From positions 455,701-519,700 of the forward strand of contig CAZXEE010000001.1 of NCBI GenBank assembly GCA_964639785.1: a stretch of DNA of 64,000 nt, written 5' to 3'. A program made the position numbers and the translations under genes. Shown piece by piece: positions 1 to 8,134 of this stretch (its first letter is position 1; the number at the start of each line of letters is the position of its first letter). The notes under the pieces are model-generated. The model saw only the letters and a program-made list of their open reading frames with translations, was not told the origin of the DNA and made no database searches. Origin of the DNA: an uncultured Gammaproteobacteria bacterium. Its GTDB lineage: Bacteria > Patescibacteriota > Patescibacteriia > Patescibacteriales > UBA12465.

Positions 1-1
1 C

Positions 2-376
2 CAAGCTAATCCGGCTCCACCAGTCGGTCCAGCCTTGGGTCAGCACGGTTTGAATATCCAGGAGTTCTGTCAGCGTTTTAATGAAATGACTAAGGATCGG
101 ATGGGCGATGTCGTTCCGGTGGAAATCACCGTTTACGAAGATCGTTCTTACACCTTTATCACTAAGACTGCTCCAGCTTCTGAATTGATTAAGAAATTCG
201 CTAAGATTTCTAAGGGCTCATCTAAGCCTTTGACTGATAAGGTCGGTTCTTTGACCCAGGATCAGTTAAGAGAAATCGCTCAGATCAAGTTGTCCGACTT
301 AAACGCTAATGACGTCGAGGCTGCTATGAAGATCATTGCTGGCACTGCTCGTCAGATGGGCGTTGAAATCAAATAA
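2..376 (+). CDS. rplK: 50S ribosomal protein L11 (uL11), 5' end cut by window edge
   Basis: Frame is open back to base 2: [27 protein letters not shown], the canonical L11 PPVGPALG motif. The TTG at 35 in the ORF track is internal. Confidence 0.95.
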   Translation, partial: QANPAPPVGPALGQHGLNIQEFCQRFNEMTKDRMGDVVPVEITVYEDRSYTFITKTAPASELIKKFAKISKGSSKPLTDKVGSLTQDQLREIAQIKLSDLNANDVEAAMKIIAGTARQMGVEIK

Positions 377-447
377 TAATTATTAATTAATTTTGTGGGA
401 CAGTTCCCTTTTTAAGGAAAAACTGGATTGAACCACGAATAAAAATT

Positions 448-1170
448 ATGCCAAAAGAAAAAGCTGTTAAGAAGTCTGTTCAAAAAGAAGAAGTTAAAGT
501 GGTTGCTAAGAAAAAAGCTGAAGCTCTTTTTGACAACACTAAATCATACAATATCGCTGAAGCGATTGAATTGGTCAAGAAGGTCAATAGAGCTAAGTTT
601 GATGCTTCTTTCGAGGTTCATCTTCGCTTAGGTATCGACCCGAAAAAGGGTGATCAGCAGGTCCGTGGTGCAGTTTCCCTGCCTCATGGTACCGGTAAAT
701 CAGTCAAAGTGGCTGCTTTCGTTTCTTCAGCTAATGAAAAAGCTGTTAAGGCGGCTGGAGCTGACTTTGTCGGCGGCGATGATTTGATCGCTGAAATCAA
801 GAAGACTGAAAAGACTGACTTCCAGGTTGCCGTAGCTGAACCAGAAATGATGAAGAACTTGGCAACTATCGCTAAGATCTTGGGTACCCGTGGTTTGATG
901 CCATCCCCTAAGAACGATACCGTTACTCAGAATCCAGCTAAGGCTGTTGAGGAATTGAAGAAAGGTAAGATCAGCTTCAAGAATGACGATACTGCCAATA
1001 TCCACGCTGTTATTGGTAAGATCAGTTTTGATGCTGCTAAATTAGTTGATAATTTCAATGTTTTTGTTGAAACTATCAGAAAAGCTAAGCCAAACTCTGC
1101 CAAAGGCGTTTATATCAAGAATGCTAGCGTCAACTCTACTATGGGTCCTGGCGTTAAGGTCAGCTTGTAA
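448..1170 (+). CDS. rplA: 50S ribosomal protein L1 (uL1)
   Basis: 240 aa, directly downstream of rplK. Contains FDASFEVHLRLGIDPKKGDQQVRG and LGTRGLMPSPK, typical L1 sequence. Confidence 0.95.
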   Translation: MPKEKAVKKSVQKEEVKVVAKKKAEALFDNTKSYNIAEAIELVKKVNRAKFDASFEVHLRLGIDPKKGDQQVRGAVSLPHGTGKSVKVAAFVSSANEKAVKAAGADFVGGDDLIAEIKKTEKTDFQVAVAEPEMMKNLATIAKILGTRGLMPSPKNDTVTQNPAKAVEELKKGKISFKNDDTANIHAVIGKISFDAAKLVDNFNVFVETIRKAKPNSAKGVYIKNASVNSTMGPGVKVSL

Positions 1171-1186
1171 TCAACTGTTGATAAAT

Positions 1187-1220
1187 AAAAAAACAACCCT
1201 GAAAAGGGTTGTTTTTTTGT
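1187..1220. terminator. Bidirectional rho-independent terminator between convergent rplA and uppP
   Basis: 10-bp stem aaacaaccct / agggttgttt with gaaa loop (1191-1214), A-run before and T-run after. Confidence 0.8.
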
Positions 1221-1232
1221 GTTCTATATTCT

Positions 1233-2006
1233 CTAGATTAAGAATAATAACAAGAGCAGGCCGAATATCACTCGGTAGATACCGAAAGGTTTGAAGTCGT
1301 ATTTCTGGATGTATTTCAAGAAGAATTTGACGCTCAGTCCCCCGACGATGAAAGCGGTAATGAAGCCGACGCTTAACATTCCGAATTGGGATGAGGAGAT
1401 GTTTCCGGCGCTCTTGAGCAGGTCATATCCGGAAGCGGCGACCATGGTCGGGACTGCCAATAGGAAAGAAAACTCTACGATAGTCTTCCGTTTTAATCCT
1501 AGGGCTAGGCCGCCAATGATGGTGGCGGCTGATCGGGAAACTCCCGGGACTATCGCCAAGGCTTGGAATAGGCCGATGCAGAGACATTGCTTGTAGGAAA
1601 TATTATCGATACTGTTTCCCTTCTCAGGATCATTCTTTTCTTTGTGGAATTTCTCGAAGATTATCAGGATCAGGCCACCAATTATGAGGGCCCAGATAAT
1701 AATGTTTAGGCTCTCCATCAGGTAGGATTTGACCAGCTTGTATAAAGTGAAGCCGATGATAGCAGTCGGAATGAAAGCGACAACCAACTTCTTGATATTA
1801 TTCCAATTGAATAGTTGTTTGATATACAAGATCATCACGGCCAGGATGGCTCCGAGTTGGATGACGATTTCGAAGGTCTTGGAAAAATCATCAGCCTTGA
1901 TATTCATCAGCTTGGAAGTGATGATCATGTGGGCCGTGGAAGAAACCGGCAGGAACTCAGTCAGGCCTTCGACTATTCCGATGATTGTAGCTTGGATTAA
2001 ATTCAT
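1233..2006 (-). CDS. uppP: Undecaprenyl-diphosphatase (BacA/UppP)
   Basis: 257 aa polytopic membrane protein. N-terminus GIVEGLTEFLPVSSTAHMII and later PGVSRSAATIIGG are UppP signature regions. Confidence 0.9.
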   Translation of the reverse strand: MNLIQATIIGIVEGLTEFLPVSSTAHMIITSKLMNIKADDFSKTFEIVIQLGAILAVMILYIKQLFNWNNIKKLVVAFIPTAIIGFTLYKLVKSYLMESLNIIIWALIIGGLILIIFEKFHKEKNDPEKGNSIDNISYKQCLCIGLFQALAIVPGVSRSAATIIGGLALGLKRKTIVEFSFLLAVPTMVAASGYDLLKSAGNISSSQFGMLSVGFITAFIVGGLSVKFFLKYIQKYDFKPFGIYRVIFGLLLLLFLI

Positions 2007-2085
2007 ATGTGTTTATTTTAATGGATTAGATTCTATTTTACAAATATAAAAACTTCTTGGTATAAGAAGCCTTTCCAGGAGATGG

Positions 2086-3294
2086 TTATTTGAAAGCGTT
2101 CCAGGTATAGATATTCTTCGGATCCCAGACCAGATAACCGTAGGCGCCAGCCTCTCTGGCCGCTTTAATCTCGCTTTTGACCATATCGGCGGTATAAGTC
2201 GCTCCAAGGTCAAAATCTTGGATCCAGGGCCTGATTTTGGCCCTTATCGGCGTACTGGAGGCTATCCTGTCATTGGCTGACTCAGTTGCTTTATAGATTA
2301 TTTCATAGGGATGATCGGCTGGATTATTGTAGCCTAGATAGCCTTTGGGGTAATGGGAAGGATAGACCATAGGACAGACATAATCGAAGAACGGGGTGGC
2401 ATTTTCTAGAACCTGGCCGATATTCATATCATTCTTAATGGTTGTAGTCAGGCCGAATAGATCAACGGAGGTATAGGCCGGTTGGCTGGCCAATTCCTTG
2501 GAAAAGAAAGCAAAGAATTTTCTGATTACATCAGCTTTAGTCCCGTTATTATCCCATTTAGGAAAAACCATGGCCGAGATAGCACCATCTGATGGAAAGC
2601 GGACATAGTCTAGGTTTATCTCATCAAAGCCGAGATTGATGGCTTCCCTGGCAATTTCGGTATGATATTTCCAGACCGCCGGGTTAGCAGGGTCTAGCCA
2701 GCTTAATCCTTTCCGGTCTTTCCAATTCTTATTGGTGTTTTTGTCTTTGACTGCCCAGGCCGGTTTCTTTTCTGCTAGGGCTGGGTCTTGAAAGACTGCA
2801 ACTCGGGCGATGGCGTAAAGGTCATTCTGGTGTAGTTTTTCGACCAGTCCTTTCAAATCTTTTATCTTTATCTGTTCCAACCCTAATTCATTTACCAATG
2901 AAATGTTACTGTCATAACTCAGGTATCCGGAATAGTCCTTGATATCAATGATGACGGCGTTGATTTTCGTTCCCTTGATGCTGGCGATTATCTTGTCTAC
3001 TTTGGTCGGACTGCCGGCAGAATAGGCGGTGAGATAGATTCCGTAGATTTCTTTTTCTTTTGGTTTTTCTTTTTTGGTTTCCGTTTCGGTTTGGGCCTCA
3101 GCCTGGCTATCAGTTTCTTTCGGGGTGTTAACATACGGTTCTCCGCTAGGGCTGTTAGCTTCAACCATTTGGAATCGGCTGATTTTAGTTAATGGCAGGA
3201 AGATGATAAGGCCCAAGGAAAAAATAACCAGAATCAGGGTGATTAGGAGTTTTGATAACCGATGGTGTTTGAGGCGCCATTCGTTAAGTTTCAT
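2086..3294 (-). CDS. Membrane-anchored putative glycoside hydrolase (TIM-barrel GHL/DUF4015-like)
   Basis: 402 aa with an N-terminal TM segment. GIYLTAYSAG...INAVIIDIKDYSGYLSY and FDEINLDYVRFP resemble the putative glycosyl hydrolase domain family, as recalled from memory. Confidence 0.6.
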   Translation of the reverse strand: MKLNEWRLKHHRLSKLLITLILVIFSLGLIIFLPLTKISRFQMVEANSPSGEPYVNTPKETDSQAEAQTETETKKEKPKEKEIYGIYLTAYSAGSPTKVDKIIASIKGTKINAVIIDIKDYSGYLSYDSNISLVNELGLEQIKIKDLKGLVEKLHQNDLYAIARVAVFQDPALAEKKPAWAVKDKNTNKNWKDRKGLSWLDPANPAVWKYHTEIAREAINLGFDEINLDYVRFPSDGAISAMVFPKWDNNGTKADVIRKFFAFFSKELASQPAYTSVDLFGLTTTIKNDMNIGQVLENATPFFDYVCPMVYPSHYPKGYLGYNNPADHPYEIIYKATESANDRIASSTPIRAKIRPWIQDFDLGATYTADMVKSEIKAAREAGAYGYLVWDPKNIYTWNAFK

Positions 3295-3346
3295 ATTGAT
3301 AATTTAGCATTTTACCAAGATTTTGTCCAAATATAAAAGGAGAGTT

Positions 3347-4111
3347 TCAGATCTCTCCTTTTGTTTCCTTAATGGTTTTTTCGATTTTTTCACAGATTAG
3401 GCTAATCTTGGATTCTTCAGAGAATAATTTAGACGATATTATTTCTGAGAAATCCAATGGCTGGCCGATAATCATTTGGCCTCGATGACCGAAGCTGATC
3501 TTGCGATAGTTGAACCCGACATCTACTGGCATTATCGGACTGACCCCAATCAAGGTGATAGGAATAATGAAATCGGGTTGAGCTTGAAGAATGGTCTTGG
3601 CTATTCCCTTCTTACATTTTCCAATAGAACCATCTCGGCTTCTGGTTCCTTCGAAGAATAAGAGCAAGTTGTTTTCCTCCAGAATATTACACCAGCTGTT
3701 AATTTGTTCTTGGATTTTTTCTAGGGTTTTCGGGTTCCGGTCTGTTGGAATATTCTTGAGCAGGCCGAAAAAGAATTTGGAAAATCCATGATCCAGAAAA
3801 TTCTTTCTGTCAGGAGCATTGTATGGGATTAGTTTTTGCCGAAAAAAAATTTCTTTGGCGCTGATTACATTGACTCCGACCAAGAATGAATCGATTAGGG
3901 TTTGGTGATTGGACAGGAATAGAACCCTGGTCGTGTGGGGCAGATTTTCTCGACCCGTGACCTTGATCTTATTCTTGATTCCGAAAACATATCTGGCTAT
4001 CGGGTACATTGCTAAAAATAGAATGTATTGTAAAGGACTTTTTATTAATCTGTTCATGACACTGATATTTTGGTTTGATAATACTTTAGATGATAATTGA
4101 TTTGACGTCAA
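3347..4111 (-). CDS. Lysophospholipid (1-acyl-glycerol-3-phosphate-type) acyltransferase, PlsC family
   Basis: Has the HX4D motif (NHQTLID) and FFEGTRSRDG motif. The ORF-track start at 4111 is TTG; an ATG at 4057 (MNRLIK...) is an alternative start. Confidence 0.75.
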   Translation of the reverse strand: MTSNQLSSKVLSNQNISVMNRLIKSPLQYILFLAMYPIARYVFGIKNKIKVTGRENLPHTTRVLFLSNHQTLIDSFLVGVNVISAKEIFFRQKLIPYNAPDRKNFLDHGFSKFFFGLLKNIPTDRNPKTLEKIQEQINSWCNILEENNLLLFFEGTRSRDGSIGKCKKGIAKTILQAQPDFIIPITLIGVSPIMPVDVGFNYRKISFGHRGQMIIGQPLDFSEIISSKLFSEESKISLICEKIEKTIKETKGEI

Positions 4112-4161
4112 TAGATAAAAATGGTGTGATTTATTACTTAATTTTGGTAATAAAAAAGGGT

Positions 4162-5250
4162 TTACTTAGTAAACCCTTTTAATTCATTCATTAGTTCCTT
4201 GACCGAGATAATCTCTTTGATACGATAGGAATTTGCTCCTACGGTATAGAGGTCAGGACCTTCAGAAAAACCGGAGGAATTCAGCAGTCCGTCGCAGATA
4301 CAGAAATAATTATCCGAATCATCTTTGGCCGGGCAAATGGTGTTTCTTCCTTCCCTGTCTTTCTGGAGAAGGTAGCCATTCTGGCAAAGATTTTTTCTTC
4401 TGCCGCTGATTAATTCCTGATACATAGGTGATCCAGCCAGAACCCTGAAAGGAAAGCCGCAAGGAGAATTTCCAACTACTTTAATGTCATTTTCTTTTGA
4501 AGCAACTACTGCTAGTTTGTACCTCTCTGAGGCTCCTGATTCTGTTGTGGCTAGGAATCTAGTTCCCATCTGGATTCCATCAGCTCCTAAAGTTAGGAAT
4601 TTCTGGATGTCATCGTGGTCATAGATTCCGCCCGCTACGATTACTGGATAATCTCCATTTTTCATGGCGAATTCCTTTATCGGAGGCAGGAGGTTTTCCA
4701 GTCGGTTTTCAGGATTATCAACATCATTCAGTTTGAATCCCAGATGTCCCCCAGCCAATGGACCTTCAATGATAATGGCATCGGGTCTGTAGTTTAGTTT
4801 TTCCCATTTATCCTGGATTATCTTTAAAACCCGGAGGGATGAAACTATTGGAATCAAAGCGGTCTGTCCAGGCTTCCTAATTCCAGGAAGATTGGTAGGA
4901 ATTCCGGCGCCGGAAATGATGAAATCAGCTTCAGCGGCAATTGCCCCTTTGACAGCTGATTCGCGGTCTTGCTGTAAAAAATGCATTACATTGACGCCGA
5001 TCAGTCCTTGGTTGCTGTCGATTTTAGCTTGAATTATTTCTAAAAATACAGCTTCGAAAGTATCGACTTTTCTCCCGACTTCTTTGGATACCAATTGGTC
5101 TAATCCGGCTGTTGAGATTATCCCGATTCCGCCCTCGCTTGCAACACTGGCAGCTAGTTTTGAGCGGGAAACCCCAACGCCCATCCCACCTTGGATTATC
5201 GGGACTGATGGGATCTTACCTTTGATTTTTAATGATTCATTCTTGAGCAT
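4162..5250 (-). CDS. Nitronate monooxygenase / FabK-like FMN oxidoreductase (NMO family)
   Basis: PIIQGGMGVGVS near the N-terminus, and VAGGI...GADGIQMGTRF, typical of the NMO/enoyl-ACP reductase II TIM barrel. Has a Cys-rich C-terminal insert. Confidence 0.75.
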   Translation of the reverse strand: MLKNESLKIKGKIPSVPIIQGGMGVGVSRSKLAASVASEGGIGIISTAGLDQLVSKEVGRKVDTFEAVFLEIIQAKIDSNQGLIGVNVMHFLQQDRESAVKGAIAAEADFIISGAGIPTNLPGIRKPGQTALIPIVSSLRVLKIIQDKWEKLNYRPDAIIIEGPLAGGHLGFKLNDVDNPENRLENLLPPIKEFAMKNGDYPVIVAGGIYDHDDIQKFLTLGADGIQMGTRFLATTESGASERYKLAVVASKENDIKVVGNSPCGFPFRVLAGSPMYQELISGRRKNLCQNGYLLQKDREGRNTICPAKDDSDNYFCICDGLLNSSGFSEGPDLYTVGANSYRIKEIISVKELMNELKGFTK

Positions 5251-5351
5251 CTTTGGATTCTCCTTTTTTGTGGTTTATTTAAAAAGAACATTTTTTTTCT
5301 AGGATAAAATCATAGAATAAAAATAATAAAAAGTCAATTATTGGCGATTTA

Positions 5352-5387
5352 TACAACAAAAAACCGCCTAATTAGATTGAGGCGGTT
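5352..5387 (-). terminator. Rho-independent terminator after the HAMP sensor gene
   Basis: Stem aaccgcct / aggcggtt (5362-5387). On the minus strand it is followed by ttttgttgt. Confidence 0.7.
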
Positions 5388-5402
5388 CTTTATAATCGGT
5401 TT

Positions 5403-6440
5403 TTATTCTGGTTCTTTGGTTCCCTTCAGCTGTTCTATTTCTTTTTTTAATTCGATCATCTTGTTTTCCCGGTTAATCATGAACTTATTTAATTTTTCCA
5501 ACTCGTTGACCTTTTGGTTCAATTCATTGGTTCTCTGTTCAATCAGCGCTTCTTGATTGGTCTTTAGTTTCTCTAATTCAGCTGTCCTGGTCTTAACTTT
5601 TTCTTCCAGGTCCATATTGATAGTTTCCAGCTTATTTTTGGCAGCCTCTAAATCCTTGGTCTGTTCTTCGACTTGCTGCTTTAGTTTGCTGTTATAATTC
5701 TCTAATTCTACTCGCGATTTCTTTAGGTCCATAGCCATCATATTGAAAGCGTTGGCTAGGTTTCCGATTTCATCATCTGACCCGACTTTAATTTGGTAGT
5801 CGAAATTTAGGTTCTTGATTTCGTTAATACCTTTATCAATATCGATAATCGGTTTAATGACTATCAATCTGAAGACAAAAAATATCACTATTATGAAGAT
5901 GGTGAAGATTATGCCATAGTTTACCGCCTCTTTTCTTAAGGCTTGATTGATGGTTTCATTGATATCGTTTAAATCGAAGATAATCTGGATGGTTCCGACT
6001 ATCTTTCCGGAAATATGGATAGGGGCTACAGCTTTTAAGGTTTCATTGGAATTACTACCCGTTGTCTGGTTGACGAAAATATCTTCTTGGAAAGATCTGG
6101 TATTGTCTCCGTCTGGTTTCTGGTTCATCTGTTCCGGATCATTGGAGACATAAGTGATGAGTTCTCCGCCCTGGTTGATATTGACGTTGATATCGATGAT
6201 ATCGGAATCTAGCCAGATATTCTTCTGGATAAGGGCTAATAATCTTTCCTTGTCTTTTAATTCCTGTTCGTTCCTGATACTGGCTTCAATAGAGTAAGCG
6301 GTGGCTTTAGCCCTTTCGATGAAAAGGGGCATAACGTCTTTTTTCCGATTATAGATATTATTGACCGATATAAAAAGGTATAACCCCACGGAAAAGATTA
6401 TTATAATGCCGATTATTTTGAATGATAGTCTGCTTTTCAT
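5403..6440 (-). CDS. Membrane sensor: extracytoplasmic Cache-like domain, HAMP and long coiled coil, with no output domain
   Basis: Two TM segments flank a roughly 140-aa external domain. HAMP motif DDEIGNLANAFNMMAMDL. The C-terminal 110 aa are heptad-rich and end in LNKFMINRENKMIELKKEIEQLKG. Confidence 0.7.
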   Translation of the reverse strand: MKSRLSFKIIGIIIIFSVGLYLFISVNNIYNRKKDVMPLFIERAKATAYSIEASIRNEQELKDKERLLALIQKNIWLDSDIIDINVNINQGGELITYVSNDPEQMNQKPDGDNTRSFQEDIFVNQTTGSNSNETLKAVAPIHISGKIVGTIQIIFDLNDINETINQALRKEAVNYGIIFTIFIIVIFFVFRLIVIKPIIDIDKGINEIKNLNFDYQIKVGSDDEIGNLANAFNMMAMDLKKSRVELENYNSKLKQQVEEQTKDLEAAKNKLETINMDLEEKVKTRTAELEKLKTNQEALIEQRTNELNQKVNELEKLNKFMINRENKMIELKKEIEQLKGTKEPE

Positions 6441-6445
6441 ATTGA

Positions 6446-7267
6446 TTAGGATTTAGTCCACTTATCTTCGATGTTTTTCAGGACGCCTTCTTTTTTAATA
6501 TCTCGGATGATATTGTTAATAGCTTTTATTAACTCATTGTTTCCTAGCTTGGTGGCGATGCCATAATATTCTTGAGTGAATGGATCGCCGACAATCTTGA
6601 TTTCCGAGTCTTTTTTGATGGAGTCTACGGCTTGGATGTAGTCGACGATTATGGCATCGAATCTGCCTGCTTTTAGGTCATAGACGATTCCACCCTTTTC
6701 AGTTGAATTTCCCCAGGAATCATAAGTGACAATCTTTTCCGGCGTAGTTAATTTTTTGGCTTCGTCATTGCTGACTGTGCCGGTTTGGACGCCAATTTTT
6801 TTATCTTTCAAATCTTCTTTGGTTTTAATATCGCTATTATCAGCCTTGGCAACTATCACTTGTCCGCCATTGAAGTATGGAGCGCTGAACAGTATTCTCT
6901 CACTCCTTTCTTCGGTGATGGTGACGCTGGAGATGATTATATCGGCTTCTTGGTCATTAATTACAGAGAATAAGTCTTGCCATTCAAACGCTTTGATTTC
7001 TGCCTGTACTCCTAATCTTTTGGCGATTTCTTTCCCCAAATCAATATCTATTCCAACTGGTTGTCCATTAGAATCAAAGAATTCCATGACGCCATAATCA
7101 AAGTCGCTGCCGATTATTAATTTGCCTGATTTTTTAATTCTGTTTAGAGATTGGTCGCCAATATTTAAATTTTCAATCAGCTTCTTGTTCCACCAGAAAA
7201 AACCCAAAATAAATAATAAGACTAAGATCATGATCAGAGTCAAGATAATGATTTTTTTCTTATGCAT
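6446..7267 (-). CDS. Solute-binding protein, family 3 (amino-acid ABC-type periplasmic binding fold), membrane-anchored
   Basis: 273 aa with an N-terminal TM/signal anchor. LIIGSDFDYGVMEF...GIDIDLGKEIAKRLG...FDAIIVD are typical SBP_bac_3 features. Sits 5 nt upstream of the HAMP gene. Confidence 0.85.
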   Translation of the reverse strand: MHKKKIIILTLIMILVLLFILGFFWWNKKLIENLNIGDQSLNRIKKSGKLIIGSDFDYGVMEFFDSNGQPVGIDIDLGKEIAKRLGVQAEIKAFEWQDLFSVINDQEADIIISSVTITEERSERILFSAPYFNGGQVIVAKADNSDIKTKEDLKDKKIGVQTGTVSNDEAKKLTTPEKIVTYDSWGNSTEKGGIVYDLKAGRFDAIIVDYIQAVDSIKKDSEIKIVGDPFTQEYYGIATKLGNNELIKAINNIIRDIKKEGVLKNIEDKWTKS

Positions 7268-7360
7268 AGGATGATGATAAGTTTATATATTTGCTATCGA
7301 TATTATATCATGCCGGGACAAAAATAGGAATAATAGCGATTAAATATAAAAGCAGGCTTT

Positions 7361-8119
7361 TTATAAAGCCTGCTTCTGTCGGTTTAAGAGTTCTTCGGCT
7401 ACAGCCAATTCTTCTTGGCTGTTGATTCCAACCGCTTCTTCTGGGCCGATTTCCAGTGAGTTGATCCGGATATTCTGTGAGGTGGCTATCTTTATCATGT
7501 CGGTCAGGTAATATTCTTTCTGGTTATTCTGATTCTTTAATTGTGAAATATTTTTCCAGATCCAAGAGTTATCGAAGCAGAAGAAAGCCGGATTAACTTC
7601 CGTGATTTCTTGCTGTTTTGGTGAGGCATCTTTGAATTCTATGATCTCCTTGATTTCCCCGTCCTTGTCTCTAAGTACTCTTCCCCATCTGATGAAATTT
7701 TGGTGCCAGCCTTCGAAGTTGCTGACTTGAGTGGTCATCATCGTTATTGGGTCGTAGTGGTTGACTATTAATTTTTCCATAGTCTCGGCCTGGATAAAAG
7801 GATGGTCGCCGTAGAACACTACCAGATTCTTTATCCCTGACTCAGATAATAATTCTTTGGCGCAGCTGATAGCGTGTCCTGTGCCTAATTGCTCAGATTG
7901 GATGACATAATTCAGATCATATTCTTTTAGATACTCTTTGATTATCTCCTGGTTATCCGGTGAGACTATCAGGATTGGCTGGCGGTCGATCTGGGATTTT
8001 AATACCGATTCGATTAAATATTTGATCATCGGCTTGCCTTTTAATGGCATCAGGACCTTGGGTAATTCGGAATTCATCCTAGTTCCTTTGCCGGCCGCCA
8101 AGATAATAACTTTGTTCAT
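7361..8119 (-). CDS. Sugar-1-phosphate nucleotidyltransferase resembling the GlmU N-terminal (uridyltransferase) domain only
   Basis: ILAAGKGTRMNSELPKVL, QLGTGHA and EYYLTDMI match GlmU pyrophosphorylase-domain motifs. At 252 aa there is no left-handed beta-helix acetyltransferase half. Confidence 0.8.
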   Translation of the reverse strand: MNKVIILAAGKGTRMNSELPKVLMPLKGKPMIKYLIESVLKSQIDRQPILIVSPDNQEIIKEYLKEYDLNYVIQSEQLGTGHAISCAKELLSESGIKNLVVFYGDHPFIQAETMEKLIVNHYDPITMMTTQVSNFEGWHQNFIRWGRVLRDKDGEIKEIIEFKDASPKQQEITEVNPAFFCFDNSWIWKNISQLKNQNNQKEYYLTDMIKIATSQNIRINSLEIGPEEAVGINSQEELAVAEELLNRQKQAL

Positions 8120-8134
8120 AAGAAAAAGATTGAA

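Noticed and set aside
377-447. The rplK-rplA spacer contains a small hairpin (ggga-cagt-tccc) that might be an L1 autoregulatory operator mimicking the 23S L1 stalk.
   Set aside because: It is only a 4-bp stem. I cannot verify similarity to the L1-binding site without the 23S sequence, and in well-studied bacteria the L1 operator lies upstream of rplK, which is outside this window.
727-1005. Many ORF-track entries lie antisense to, or in alternative frames of, well-supported genes. Examples are 727-1005, 1291-1596, 1729-2049, 6726-7097, 8583-8957, 13847-14230, 16020-16283, 24037-24342, 28477-28695, 28828-29127, 30924-31385, 34698-35021, 44695-45099 and 58620-58948.
   Set aside because: They are fully embedded in longer ORFs with clear family motifs, have low-complexity or odd composition, and have no independent promoter or terminator signals. 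I treat them as shadow ORFs.
3347-3349. I considered an alternative genetic code (UGA recoded), as occurs in some candidate phyla.
   Set aside because: TGA ends several well-delimited genes at family-appropriate lengths (3347, 22360 and 23256, for example). No recognisable protein requires read-through of TGA, TAA or TAG.
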